This document shows positions 29,849 to 39,607 of a DNA stretch of 60,287 nucleotides, piece after piece. The first letter of the stretch is position 1. Each line of letters starts with the position of its first letter. Under the pieces are notes generated by a model. That model saw nothing but the letters and a program-made list of their open reading frames with translations, had not been told where the DNA came from and searched no databases. A program made the position numbers and the translations under genes. The stretch comes from a virus. Its lineage: Duplodnaviria; Caudoviricetes. Location: positions 1 through 60,287 of IMG/VR virus record IMGVR_UViG_3300025132_000036; one strand, given 5' to 3'.

Positions 29849-30822
29849 ACCCAGTCCTCCGACACGCCGGTATATGAAACCGTAGGGTCCGGTTCGACCC
29901 CGAGCATCTCCGACTCACAGGCCATGTTGAAGTCGCACCATTGGGTGCAGAAGTAATCGTTCCACTTCATGCCCCACATGTCTTCGATGATACCAGTCAT
30001 GGCCTTATCCAAGGACTTGTGCATGGCGTTCACGGAGCGTGTACCGACCTTCTCAAGCACGGCCATACCCTGAAGGTCACCAAGCCAAACCTCGGTGTTC
30101 TTCTTGCCCTCGAGTTCAGCGTACAGGTCATAGTTCTCGCATTCGGGGAACAGGTAATAGAAGTACACGGCCTCTTCGCCCCACAGTTCAGCGAGCATGT
30201 GCCGATAGAAACACAGTTCCTTGCGGGTCTTGCTGAGTTTGTTCTTGGTGGCCTTGCCGGTCTTCAGTTCAGCGATGACCAGTCCACCGTCAGGGTGACG
30301 GAGCACACCGTCAATCATCCCCACGAAGTTGAAAACGTGTGACCCATGCTCGTGCCTCAACACGTGCTTCTGCTCGAACTCGACGGGCGTGAAGTGTTCC
30401 TCGCCCCACCGATGCAAGCGACCGTGTTCCAATTGGATAAGGGAATCCACGGCCCCGGTGTATCGGTTTTGTTGGTCCTCGTCCCACTTGGCGTGCGGCT
30501 CATGTGCCTCACCGTCCTCCCAATTGACCCCGGCAATCGCAGCCATATCTGACTCAGGCTTCCAGTTCCCATACACGTTCTCAAGAGCGGTGTGAACCGC
30601 CGTTCCGTGAACCATGTGGTGTGTCGAGGGACCATACAGGTCAGCGACTCGAGTCCACCAGTACTTGCGGGGACAACCGAGGTAGGTCATAAAGGCCGAC
30701 TTGGACAGTCGGATAGGCCAACCGTTAGCCTTTGCGAGCAAAGGGTTGGGGGTTCCTTCGGTTTCGCCATGGATGGCGTACCATTCGGGACTGTACTTCT
30801 CAGGCGTCTTGTTCTGCGTCAT
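29845..30822 (-). CDS. Cas4/RecB-like PD-(D/E)xK exonuclease
   Basis: 'CPRKY', 'HGTAVH', 'GMIDG...ELKTG', C-terminal 'CTQWCDFNMAC' Fe-S ligands. Confidence 0.88.
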   Translation of the reverse strand: MTQNKTPEKYSPEWYAIHGETEGTPNPLLAKANGWPIRLSKSAFMTYLGCPRKYWWTRVADLYGPSTHHMVHGTAVHTALENVYGNWKPESDMAAIAGVNWEDGEAHEPHAKWDEDQQNRYTGAVDSLIQLEHGRLHRWGEEHFTPVEFEQKHVLRHEHGSHVFNFVGMIDGVLRHPDGGLVIAELKTGKATKNKLSKTRKELCFYRHMLAELWGEEAVYFYYLFPECENYDLYAELEGKKNTEVWLGDLQGMAVLEKVGTRSVNAMHKSLDKAMTGIIEDMWGMKWNDYFCTQWCDFNMACESEMLGVEPDPTVSYTGVSEDWV

Positions 30823-31099
30823 TCACCACGGCCTCCACATCGGGGTCCGCAGCAATCTTCGCAGGCTTCTTGGCCTTCTTTGCTGCGGGCTTCGCAGCAG
30901 GCAGAACAAGGTCATACAGTCCGTGGTCAACGTCAGGGCCAACGGGGGCCGTGTTCGTCAAGCCGCAAGCCTTGGCTTGGCGACGATACACCGAGGTCAC
31001 GGGAACTGCCCAATGAGCACCGGGGTGCTCAGCGGCAAGTCCACAGACAATCTCGCATTCCGTCGAAACAATCAGGACTGAGGTCATGTTCATACCCAC
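30800..31099 (-). CDS. Hypothetical protein
   Basis: ORF with AGGTG RBS; Lys/Ala-rich tail. Confidence 0.5.
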   Translation of the reverse strand: MGMNMTSVLIVSTECEIVCGLAAEHPGAHWAVPVTSVYRRQAKACGLTNTAPVGPDVDHGLYDLVLPAAKPAAKKAKKPAKIAADPDVEAVVNDAEQDA

Positions 31100-31117
31100 C
31101 TGTCTTTTGACTTTTAA

Positions 31118-31396
31118 TCATTCTTCCTCGTCAGCAAGGCTGACGAAGCACTTGGGACACTTCTCCGGCGGCGGTAGTTCACCAACCTTCGGATGCAGAA
31201 TCTCAAACTCGCACTTGGGACAATTGCTCCTCTCGAGCAAGTCGAGGTGGTCACACAGGCCACCGACAACGGACGAAAGCCGCATCATATCTTCACCAAT
31301 CGCTTGGAGAGCGTGGGTCATCTGTTGGTTCAGAGCCAAGATGCCCTGCTCCAATTGTCCCTTGCTCATCTGTGGTCGGTTCCTTTGTCCCCTCAT
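31118..31396 (-). CDS. Zn-ribbon protein
   Basis: CPKC...CPKC. Confidence 0.7.
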   Translation of the reverse strand: MRGQRNRPQMSKGQLEQGILALNQQMTHALQAIGEDMMRLSSVVGGLCDHLDLLERSNCPKCEFEILHPKVGELPPPEKCPKCFVSLADEEE

Positions 31397-31421
31397 GTCC
31401 TCATCTCCTATCCGCCAGTAC

Positions 31422-33683
31422 TTAAAGCCATTCCAGCCTACCGATGCCGCGCATGGCGTTGGTCAGCGCCGTAGTGTCCCAGTCCACGAGAGCATACACG
31501 TCGCGTGCCTTGTTCACAATGAATCGCTCAGTCATCTCAGCCCAATCCACCTCGTCCACGCCATCAATGTCGCTGAGCCGGTGGAACGCCATGTAGCGAC
31601 CACGCTTGTTGATGCCGGCGAGGTAAAACCCACCGACCTCAAACTCCAAGCCGAGCGTGTCTTGTGCCCACTTAACGCCGGCCACAGGTCCACCGAGCGT
31701 GCGATAGGACGACAGGGGCTTGCTCAGTTTGCCCACCATCAACAGGGACTCACCGAGTGCCCCGGTCTTACCGTCTTCGATGAGTTCGAGCAGGCGAGCA
31801 TCCACGTCCGCCTGTGGTGTACCGTCGAGGATGCCTCGCAGTACCTCGTCCATGGCCTGCTTCATGGCCTTGGGCATACGCGCCTGCTTGAGTTCCAGTC
31901 CCTTATAGTAGTACTGCGGTTCATCGAGGTACCTGCCGTCAGCCCATGTCGTCTTGCCGGCGTACCGGTTCTTGGCCTTGAGAATCATGGTGCTACACCA
32001 CTTCTCAAACTCAACCTCGATGGGAGCCATGGACTCGTTGATGGCTTCGCACAGAACCATGCCCTCCTCGGGCGTCGGTACCTCGCAGAAAATGGAGTCG
32101 GTGTGGCCGTAGCGTACGGGGTAACCACGGTCATTGCACTCGTCACGCAGGCGGAAGAGCGTCTGCCTCGACGTGTACGTGATGGCGGCTGCAATATCGG
32201 GGTGGTACATGCCGAACTTGGAATCGCCACAGATACCGTACAGGCTCGCCACCATGCTTTTTGTTGCGAATTGCATAGCGTCCCATTTGCTTATAACCTG
32301 TAGGTTTCCCTCTCGGTGAGCCTCCTTAAGCAGCGCCTTGTACTCGTTGCGTTTGACTGTGAGTTTGTCCATGGTGCGACCAAGCACGCCCTGTTCACCC
32401 TGCATGAAACGGATGCCGTTTCCACAGTCCACACCATCGTCAGACAGGGTGTCCCACGAAATGTTGTGAAGGTTCACGTTGCTATGATACATGGCCTTGA
32501 TATCCATGATAGCCATGTTCTGATACCGACCCGGCACCACGTCCTGTACGTCAGCGCCCTGATATTCGACCTTGGTGAACTGCGGACTATCAGGGATGCG
32601 TACGGCGAAGTCCTCGTCCTGAACGAACAGGGACGTGGCGCACACGGTGACCATCGGTGTCGAGGCCAGTTCACATTGAATGAGGTGTTGCAGGGACGTG
32701 TAATACCCAAGCACGTTTAGGGCCTCATCCAACCTCGGTAGCAGACGAACGTCCTGTCGGTTATAGTCGAGGTAAGTCCCTACGTCGGTGTAATACGTGT
32801 CGTGCCCGTTGGGTAGTTCAACCTTCTTCTCACCGAGCACAAACTCAGCCACGTCATCCAGTTTGCGAGCAGCCAATTGCCCATTCTTGATGGTCCACAG
32901 TTTCTTGAAACCGACCATCAGGTCAAAGCACATGCGGCCGGGGATGGGCTGAGTCCACCGCTTCTCGGTCCAAGAGTACTTGAAATTGTGCTGACGATGC
33001 GGCGACATAATCTTGGGGTCAAGCCCAAGCCTTCGCATACGGGTACTGATAGTGGACACGTCGGCGTCAATGAAGAACCAACCCGTCAGGATATCGGGGT
33101 CATGCTTACGCATATGTGATGCGAAGTCAGCAAGCAATTGCCGTTCGTTTGCGAACGCCTTCATGGGCGGGTCCATCACAACCTCGGTCAGTCCTTCAGG
33201 GTGGTCCTTGCAGGGCCACGTCTTGTGCATACCGGCGGGAATGTCGGGGTGCTGAACCCACGTGAACATCTTGCCGGTGTAGGAATCGTACGCCGAGAGC
33301 ATGGTGACTTCTTCAGACTCGGCCTTCCATTCTCCGTCCACGTACCAAACGCGGTGGTCATAGTTCGGATAAGGGTCTTTGCCGGCGGCGAGGCGGTCGT
33401 TCAGCACTTGGTTTGGGAAGGACACCTGCCCCTCCCACGTCCTGTAAGGTTCGTTGCGCCGCCATTGGCCGCGGTCCCATTCGGTCCTGAAGAACGCCTT
33501 CTTGAGCGCCTCACCGTACAGACCCTCGTACCCGTCTTCGGTGCGTACCAGTCCGTACTCATCCTTCCCCTCGGGGATGAACAGGTACGGGTAGGACTCG
33601 ATGACCTCTTCGATACGCTCGAGAGTCTCAGGGTCACGGCGTCGTACCGTGACCTTGCGACCGCCCGTTTGGTCCACAATCAT
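31422..33683 (-). CDS. polB: Family B DNA polymerase with divergent motifs
   Basis: ExoI YVDGE, ExoIII YNRQD, motif A DIKAMYHS, B KSMVASLYG, C YGHTDS, KNRYAG, KGLE. Confidence 0.95.
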   Translation of the reverse strand: MIVDQTGGRKVTVRRRDPETLERIEEVIESYPYLFIPEGKDEYGLVRTEDGYEGLYGEALKKAFFRTEWDRGQWRRNEPYRTWEGQVSFPNQVLNDRLAAGKDPYPNYDHRVWYVDGEWKAESEEVTMLSAYDSYTGKMFTWVQHPDIPAGMHKTWPCKDHPEGLTEVVMDPPMKAFANERQLLADFASHMRKHDPDILTGWFFIDADVSTISTRMRRLGLDPKIMSPHRQHNFKYSWTEKRWTQPIPGRMCFDLMVGFKKLWTIKNGQLAARKLDDVAEFVLGEKKVELPNGHDTYYTDVGTYLDYNRQDVRLLPRLDEALNVLGYYTSLQHLIQCELASTPMVTVCATSLFVQDEDFAVRIPDSPQFTKVEYQGADVQDVVPGRYQNMAIMDIKAMYHSNVNLHNISWDTLSDDGVDCGNGIRFMQGEQGVLGRTMDKLTVKRNEYKALLKEAHREGNLQVISKWDAMQFATKSMVASLYGICGDSKFGMYHPDIAAAITYTSRQTLFRLRDECNDRGYPVRYGHTDSIFCEVPTPEEGMVLCEAINESMAPIEVEFEKWCSTMILKAKNRYAGKTTWADGRYLDEPQYYYKGLELKQARMPKAMKQAMDEVLRGILDGTPQADVDARLLELIEDGKTGALGESLLMVGKLSKPLSSYRTLGGPVAGVKWAQDTLGLEFEVGGFYLAGINKRGRYMAFHRLSDIDGVDEVDWAEMTERFIVNKARDVYALVDWDTTALTNAMRGIGRLEWL

Positions 33684-33709
33684 GGCCAACAGTCAGGCCC
33701 GTCAGTATA

Positions 33710-34045
33710 TCAAGGCTCGGGTCGCCCACGGCGACGAGTCTCGATGTTGAACCGGCGCAGCCAGTTGTGGATGGTCATAGCCGTCACACCACAGGACGTG
33801 GCGATATCGGACATGGTGCGACCTTCCTTGACGTACGCCTTGGTCAGCCACTTCTTGTCCTTGTATGCGTGCTCCGGGTCCGCCATACCGGCGGTGATGT
33901 ACACCGCCAACAGGGCCGAGCATTCGGGGCATTCGTGAGTAGTACGCAGGCTCTCAGTCCAGTCGGACGAGAACTCGCTACCGTCAGTATTCGGTTGAAG
34001 GGACAACATGGTCCCGCATTCACATTTCACTTTCAAATCGTTCAT
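33710..34045 (-). CDS. Zn-ribbon + HTH DNA-binding protein
   Basis: CECG...CPEC; 'TMSDIATSCGVTAMTIHNWLRRFNI'. Confidence 0.8.
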   Translation of the reverse strand: MNDLKVKCECGTMLSLQPNTDGSEFSSDWTESLRTTHECPECSALLAVYITAGMADPEHAYKDKKWLTKAYVKEGRTMSDIATSCGVTAMTIHNWLRRFNIETRRRGRPEP

Positions 34046-34386
34046 TCAATCACCTGCATGTATTCCATTGTGTTCCCCTTGCCTTTACACATACGCATCC
34101 TGATACGCCCGTCTGCAATCAGAGGACGGAGCAACGAACCGATGGCGTTTTGGCTCAAGGAGTTGAACTTGATAGCGCCCTCCAAGGCGCGATGGAAGAG
34201 AACCTCGGCGGTCATCCATTCGTTGGGCCACCGCTCAAAGGCGACGGCGAGCGCCATACGCACGGCCTTCTTGCCGACGCGAGCACGCCCTACCCAATGT
34301 CCGTGGCGGACCCAAGCGGCTTCGCGCTCAGGACCGTTGTACGTGGTCAATGCACGGAACTTGACCCAATCGGGGTGGTCGCTCAT
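34042..34386 (-). CDS. Hypothetical protein (wHTH-like)
   Basis: Coupled ORF in the replication operon. Confidence 0.55.
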   Translation of the reverse strand: MSDHPDWVKFRALTTYNGPEREAAWVRHGHWVGRARVGKKAVRMALAVAFERWPNEWMTAEVLFHRALEGAIKFNSLSQNAIGSLLRPLIADGRIRMRMCKGKGNTMEYMQVIE

Positions 34387-35192
34387 AGGACCCCCGCCTG
34401 AAACACCCAGTCCCCGTTACCGAAGCGCAGGATAAGGCGAATGCCCTGCCCCTCTGGCCGGAAGTCGAGGAACGAAACCTCAACGTCACCGGAATAATGC
34501 CCGACGATGTTCTCCAGTCCACCCTCAAAGGTGGCCTCGAACGCATCGGCTATGTAGTGCGTGGCGATGATAGTCTCGGTCTGGCCCTTGAAGTGGTCGC
34601 CCACGGTCACAGTCAACTGCGCTCCGTTGTATTTGAACATGTAGCGGTTGAGTTTTTGACCATTCATGCCGTCGCACTTGAGCGCGTCGTGCAGAATATC
34701 GGCGGCGATGTGAGCGACGAAAAACGGCTTGCGTACCGTGCCGTCCATCATGTGATAGAAATTACCCTGAACCCGCTCAGACAACAGAAGCGACTGGTCG
34801 CCCCATTCTTGGAGGTTCTGTCGGCTCGTGGAGAACGCCTTGGCGTCATACCCACCAACCACCGTGGTCTGCTTGTTCTTGGACAAGACCACGACCTTGC
34901 CGTCCTTGTCCTTGAGAGACACCATATCGCCGTGGTACTTCAGTACACCGAGCATACGCTCGATATCGGGGACTGGAATGTCCATGTCGTCCCTGCTCGC
35001 CACATCGGTCTTGAACGAGAAGTGTGAAATCGAGGTCTTGCCGTCCTTGACGAGCGAGGTCGTGGACACGGAGTCATCGCGCCACCGCAGAATACAGGAC
35101 TCAACCTGTGCCTGCGCCTTGCCGTTCACGTGCTGCGTGCGACTGGTCGCCCTGAGCAACGCCGTCAGCATCTTGCGCTTAACCTTCATCAC
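34383..35192 (-). CDS. Putative PCNA-like sliding clamp
   Basis: About 269 aa with a two-domain alpha/beta clamp pattern; near RFC and PolB. Confidence 0.6.
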   Translation of the reverse strand: MMKVKRKMLTALLRATSRTQHVNGKAQAQVESCILRWRDDSVSTTSLVKDGKTSISHFSFKTDVASRDDMDIPVPDIERMLGVLKYHGDMVSLKDKDGKVVVLSKNKQTTVVGGYDAKAFSTSRQNLQEWGDQSLLLSERVQGNFYHMMDGTVRKPFFVAHIAADILHDALKCDGMNGQKLNRYMFKYNGAQLTVTVGDHFKGQTETIIATHYIADAFEATFEGGLENIVGHYSGDVEVSFLDFRPEGQGIRLILRFGNGDWVFQAGVL

Positions 35193-35438
35193 TCACACCC
35201 AGTAGTTCTCAAAGGTAGCGGCCGGTAGTCCCATCTCCTTGGCCAAAGCACACGCCAGTTCCTTGGCGAGTGCGGTAGTCCGAGTCTGGTTGTCGTATAG
35301 ACTGTGTAGTTCATCAGCCGCTGCTTCGAGGTCGAGGACCTGTTGTTCGAGAACCTTGACCTTGGCGCTGAGGCTTTCCACCAATCCAAAGAGAGTCTCG
35401 TTGGCCTCGACCAACATCTCGTTCAGCCTCTTGCTCAT
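35193..35438 (-). CDS. Coiled-coil protein
   Basis: Heptad repeats. Confidence 0.65.
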   Translation of the reverse strand: MSKRLNEMLVEANETLFGLVESLSAKVKVLEQQVLDLEAAADELHSLYDNQTRTTALAKELACALAKEMGLPAATFENYWV

Positions 35439-36382
35439 TCTTCAGACCCCCAAGAGAGAGGCAGACCGTTCCAAGTCACGTCGCCATCATTGACCCTCAG
35501 CACGTCGAAGACCTTGCCGAGATGCTCGCTATTGCGACCCTTCATCTCTTCGATGTGGGCACGCACGACGAACTCGTTGGAACCGAGGCTCTTGTCGGAC
35601 TCGACACCCGCAGCCTTGTCTCCCTTCTGCGTGTAGCGTCGAAGGAACACCTGCTGCGACACGAACCGCTGCGTACCGTCCACCCAGTCCACCTTTTCAC
35701 CGACCTTCATCAGACCCTTCTGTCCGTTGCCGAGGTCCACGTAGGTCTTGTGGTCCTTGAGGTGGAACGTGAAGAAGATGTAGGGGACAGGCAACGCCGT
35801 GAGGCGGTTGAGCACACCCTTGAACACGCGGTTGCGCTCACGCCATTCCTTCTGGTTGAAGGAGTCGCTCTCGTCCTTGATGGTACCACGAGCGACGAGG
35901 CGCTCGGTCATCACGAACTCGCACCACTTCAGGAAGGTGGAGCCACCATCGAACACCACGGCACCGATGTGCTCAGCGCTATCCGCGATGAAGGAGGTGA
36001 ACCATTCGACCTTCTCGACCACGGCAACCCAGTTCGTCGTGTTGTCCTCGTTCCACATGGCCTCATCGAACTCATCCACCATGGGGATGACGCGAATACG
36101 GTCAGCGAGCGACGGGTCCTTGGAGGTCAGGTAGTCCACCGTGTTGCCGGCGGAGTTATCGCAATCAATGACCACCACGTCCTTGTCCGTGTGAGCCAAA
36201 GCGAGGGACAGGGCGGTGCCTGTCTTGGTCGTGTTCTCCTTGCCGACGAGAGCCATGCGAATCGGCGCGAGGTTCTCGCGCTTGCGGTCGAAGAGAGCGC
36301 GGTAATAGTCCGCACCGAACTTCGCCTCGAGAGGCTTCTCAGCAGGCTTGGCCTTCGTAGTCGCCCACGTCATCAGTCCCAA
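35435..36382 (-). CDS. RecA/Sak4-like (AAA_24) ATPase
   Basis: Walker A GKENTTKT, 'VVVIDCD', Walker B 'VVFDG'. Confidence 0.75.
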   Translation of the reverse strand: MGLMTWATTKAKPAEKPLEAKFGADYYRALFDRKRENLAPIRMALVGKENTTKTGTALSLALAHTDKDVVVIDCDNSAGNTVDYLTSKDPSLADRIRVIPMVDEFDEAMWNEDNTTNWVAVVEKVEWFTSFIADSAEHIGAVVFDGGSTFLKWCEFVMTERLVARGTIKDESDSFNQKEWRERNRVFKGVLNRLTALPVPYIFFTFHLKDHKTYVDLGNGQKGLMKVGEKVDWVDGTQRFVSQQVFLRRYTQKGDKAAGVESDKSLGSNEFVVRAHIEEMKGRNSEHLGKVFDVLRVNDGDVTWNGLPLSWGSEE

Positions 36383-37584
36383 CCCCCGGTGTCCGCGTCA
36401 GCGACCGACTCTTCGGCGGTAGCGCCACCGAGCGACTCAGCACACCACCATGCGGTGGTCATCAGGCGAGGCTCGTCGTCACGGGAAATGTACGGGGAGC
36501 CGACGACCATGAGGGTCGAGCCAACCGAGAAGTCCACGAGAGACTCGTGAGCAGCCGGGACGTACACGTCCACGGTGCCGGCGGTGGACATGATATCCAA
36601 GTCACCGACGGTCACGATGTAGCCACCGTTGTCTCGCGGGTCAATGTGAACGACCTCGGTCATCACGGCAGCGAGAGCGTTCCACTTCTCCTTGTCCCCA
36701 AGGGTACCGACGTAGGCACGAATGCCGTCGAGGGAATCGAGCGTCTTCACACCTTCCAGTTCCGCGACGAGAGCGTCAGGACCACCGGAGAAAATCGAGG
36801 ACAGGGACGTGTCGGCAGCAAAGGACGACATGCCGGCTGCACCGTAGGCGGTGTTGCCGTTGCGAGCAGGCTTCATGGCGATGGTACCGGGCACGAAGGT
36901 GGGGAACTGGTCCTCAGCGAGAGCGCCGCTGAACCGGAACGAGAACACCTCAACGTCACCGCTGCCTTCCTTGCGACCGAGGAACATGCAGGTACGCTCC
37001 TTCTCGGAGAGCGGGCGAGCCGCACCGTACTTGAAGTTCTTCTGACCGGAGGGCCACGTCGGCGTACTGTTGTTCCAAATCATGTGGAAGTGCAGGCCGT
37101 TGCCGACGGCGTAGGTGTCCTTGGGGAGCGACGAAACCTCGGCGGTCGCGTGCTCCATGGAGAAGTCGTCACCACGAGCGAGGCTCGGGTTGTACCGCTT
37201 GGTGTAGGAACCGTCGAGGTTGTCCTCGTACACGGTCACAATACCCTGCTCAACAAGGCCCTCGATGACGGGTTCCTCGGCGGTAGCCAACACGCCTGCG
37301 TTCTTCTTGTACGAAGACTTGGCCCAATCCTTGAACATGGGCACGCTCACGAACATACCCTCGTACACGGCTGCGCCAGACTTGGCGAGGCGCGTCTTTT
37401 GCGTCTTCAATTGGCGACCGGCAATGCGAAGCGCGTTCACTCCACACTCGTCCTCAGTCTTTCCTGCGTTCATCCACGCGCTGCGGTTCTCATCAAGCAC
37501 CTGCTCCATCCGAGCGCGGAGTGCGTCCTCGGTGCTTCCAATGTTCTGTGCAACGCGCTGCATCATCGTATTTAGGTCAGTCAT
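36373..37584 (-). CDS. Putative RPA-like ssDNA-binding protein
   Basis: Helical N-terminus as in archaeal RPA, OB-fold-like C-terminus, acidic tail; next to recombinase and RFC. Confidence 0.6.
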   Translation of the reverse strand: MTDLNTMMQRVAQNIGSTEDALRARMEQVLDENRSAWMNAGKTEDECGVNALRIAGRQLKTQKTRLAKSGAAVYEGMFVSVPMFKDWAKSSYKKNAGVLATAEEPVIEGLVEQGIVTVYEDNLDGSYTKRYNPSLARGDDFSMEHATAEVSSLPKDTYAVGNGLHFHMIWNNSTPTWPSGQKNFKYGAARPLSEKERTCMFLGRKEGSGDVEVFSFRFSGALAEDQFPTFVPGTIAMKPARNGNTAYGAAGMSSFAADTSLSSIFSGGPDALVAELEGVKTLDSLDGIRAYVGTLGDKEKWNALAAVMTEVVHIDPRDNGGYIVTVGDLDIMSTAGTVDVYVPAAHESLVDFSVGSTLMVVGSPYISRDDEPRLMTTAWWCAESLGGATAEESVADADTGGWD

Positions 37585-37624
37585 TTCAATCCCTTCTGTT
37601 TTCTATTTATCTTCCGCCAGTATA

Positions 37625-38530
37625 TCAATGCTCCGATAGCCGACGACAGAAGTCCCAAACAACGTAGTGCGGTTCAACACCGCTGATGAGGTCACGCTGA
37701 GCCTGTGTGGCTGCGTCAACCAACGCCATTTTTGACTTCGGTCCGGCTTGAGAAGCCACACCGTAGCGGAATACATCATCAATCGCGTGACGCAGGTTCG
37801 CTACCGAACCCATCTCACGCACGGCTTCGTCCACCGAAGCCTCCTTGAAACACAGGGTCAGGACGCGGTGAGCGTCCGTGCCCTGCCTACCGAGGGAGTT
37901 CAGGAAAGCCTGACGCTCCGACTCGGGCAAGTGAGCATATGCTTGAAGCGCGTTGATAGCGTTTCGCAAGTCACCGTTGTGTGCGGAAGCAATGGTACCG
38001 AGGTCATCAGCATCCACCTTCAGTCCCTCGGTGGAAGCAACAGTCACGAGGCGAGCAAGAACGTCGTCATCCGATACAGGTCGGAACTCACGCACGGCGC
38101 AGCGAGACTGAAGCCATGGGGTGACCTTGGACAAGTCGTTGCAGGTCAGGATGAAGAAACCCTGTGCCTCTTCGATTACACCCTTGAGGGCGGACTGAGC
38201 AGCGTCAGTCAATTGGTCGGCTTCGTCAAGGAAATAGACAGACTCATACTGCCCCAGACGAGTCATAGGTGCGAGGTCGGACTCCACGAACTCGATGCCT
38301 CGTTGCCTCTTGGAAGAGGCGTTGTACTTGAAGATGGAGTACCCGAGGCTCTCGGCCAACAGATACGCCATGCTCGTCTTGCCCGTACCGGGTTCGGGTG
38401 AATAGAAGATGTAGTGCTGCATCGGGGCTTCGCCCTTCAGGATAGCCTCGAACTCAGCACGGAGGTGAGGCTGACCCTTGAACTGACCAAGGGTCGAAGG
38501 TCGGTGCTTTGCTGCCCAAACTTGACGCAT
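37625..38530 (-). CDS. rfcS: Replication factor C small subunit (clamp loader)
   Basis: 'WAAKHRP', PGTGKTS, 'NAS..RG', LDEADQL, 'LQSRC', 'GDLRNAINALQ'. Confidence 0.93.
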   Translation of the reverse strand: MRQVWAAKHRPSTLGQFKGQPHLRAEFEAILKGEAPMQHYIFYSPEPGTGKTSMAYLLAESLGYSIFKYNASSKRQRGIEFVESDLAPMTRLGQYESVYFLDEADQLTDAAQSALKGVIEEAQGFFILTCNDLSKVTPWLQSRCAVREFRPVSDDDVLARLVTVASTEGLKVDADDLGTIASAHNGDLRNAINALQAYAHLPESERQAFLNSLGRQGTDAHRVLTLCFKEASVDEAVREMGSVANLRHAIDDVFRYGVASQAGPKSKMALVDAATQAQRDLISGVEPHYVVWDFCRRLSEH

Positions 38531-38561
38531 TGATTCTGTGGCGTACACGCCACTATATAAC

Positions 38562-38966
38562 TCAACCGGTACGCTCGCAAGTCAGGCACACATCACCCTC
38601 AAGGATGATGCGGGCACGTGCGCAGACTGAGCATTTGATTGACTTCTTCCGGTCAGAAGGACTCATCATGCTTACAGGCTGAGTCATTCGGAGTTCATCC
38701 ACCGAATGAACGATATCCCGGTCCACATCGAACAGGAGGTGGTACGCACGAGTTCCGTTCGTGAGTTCGACACGCTCCCGTCCGACCTCAATGACCTGTG
38801 GGTTCTTCGACATGAGGGCAGACAGGCTATTGGGCGAAGGCACGTTCTTGATGCCCCGGTAGTCCTTGAGGTATTCACCTACCCTGTCCCTCGATAGTGG
38901 GCCATGCCGAAACAGAATCTCGGCAATGGCCCTGCGCACCCTCTTGTTGTTGTTGTTGGAAGGCAC
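38562..38966 (-). CDS. wHTH + Zn-finger hypothetical protein
   Basis: N-terminal helices; CSVC...CLTC. Confidence 0.6.
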   Translation of the reverse strand: MPSNNNNKRVRRAIAEILFRHGPLSRDRVGEYLKDYRGIKNVPSPNSLSALMSKNPQVIEVGRERVELTNGTRAYHLLFDVDRDIVHSVDELRMTQPVSMMSPSDRKKSIKCSVCARARIILEGDVCLTCERTG

Positions 38967-39002
38967 TAATAAAACGCAGGTTGACTTAAGTACTTGATGG
39001 GT

Positions 39003-39224
39003 TCAATCCATAGACCGATACATGGACATGGCGAACACTTGGTCCTGTAGTTCGTCGTCGCGCTGACGCTCCGCACGGGTGGGCGGTAGGTCAAAGTCAT
39101 ACATGGGCTTGGCCATCTCGACGGCGAATAACCACCAAAACAAGAGGATGAGCAAGCCACCGAACACCGTCAGGCCGGTGAACAGGACGAGCGAACCCAC
39201 GATGGGGAAGGCGTACGGACTCAA
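39003..39224 (-). CDS. Small membrane protein
   Basis: Long hydrophobic stretch; TTG start overlapping the GGCT stop. Confidence 0.55.
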   Translation of the reverse strand: MSPYAFPIVGSLVLFTGLTVFGGLLILLFWWLFAVEMAKPMYDFDLPPTRAERQRDDELQDQVFAMSMYRSMD

Positions 39225-39607
39225 GGCCAGACCCCCTTTTGCTCTTGCTTGGCGGTGCCGGCCAAGTGAGGAATATGGTACGCCCACGCAGACACCACGG
39301 TTCCGTCGCTCAGCGTAATGTCCAACACGTTGCGAGTATAGTGCTTGGGGAAACCCTCCAGCCGGTCAATATGCCGCATATGGTCCGCATCCACCCGGTA
39401 CACTTCGCCCAAAACTGCGGTATGTCCGTAGGTCATAGCCGGGTAAGCACCAAGGTCCACAAGGTTCCACTTGGGTTCAGTCTTGCCGGCACCCAATAGT
39501 TCAGCACCGCGCAGGAAAGCATCGTTCCATTGCCCGGCCTTCAACGTGCCGTACACGAACAAGCGGTCCACCTGCATAGTCGTTTCATCATTCATCATCA
39601 TAGCCAT
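39221..39607 (-). CDS. Gamma-glutamylcyclotransferase (GGCT/AIG2-like)
   Basis: 'LFVYGTLK', 'YPAM', 'VLGEVY', 'IDRLEGFP..Y.R'. Confidence 0.92.
   Translation of the reverse strand: MAMMMNDETTMQVDRLFVYGTLKAGQWNDAFLRGAELLGAGKTEPKWNLVDLGAYPAMTYGHTAVLGEVYRVDADHMRHIDRLEGFPKHYTRNVLDITLSDGTVVSAWAYHIPHLAGTAKQEQKGVWP

Noticed and set aside
29845-30822. Cas4-like gene as part of a CRISPR-Cas system
   Set aside because: No repeat-spacer array or other cas genes; stand-alone Cas4-like nucleases are common in archaeal virus replication modules
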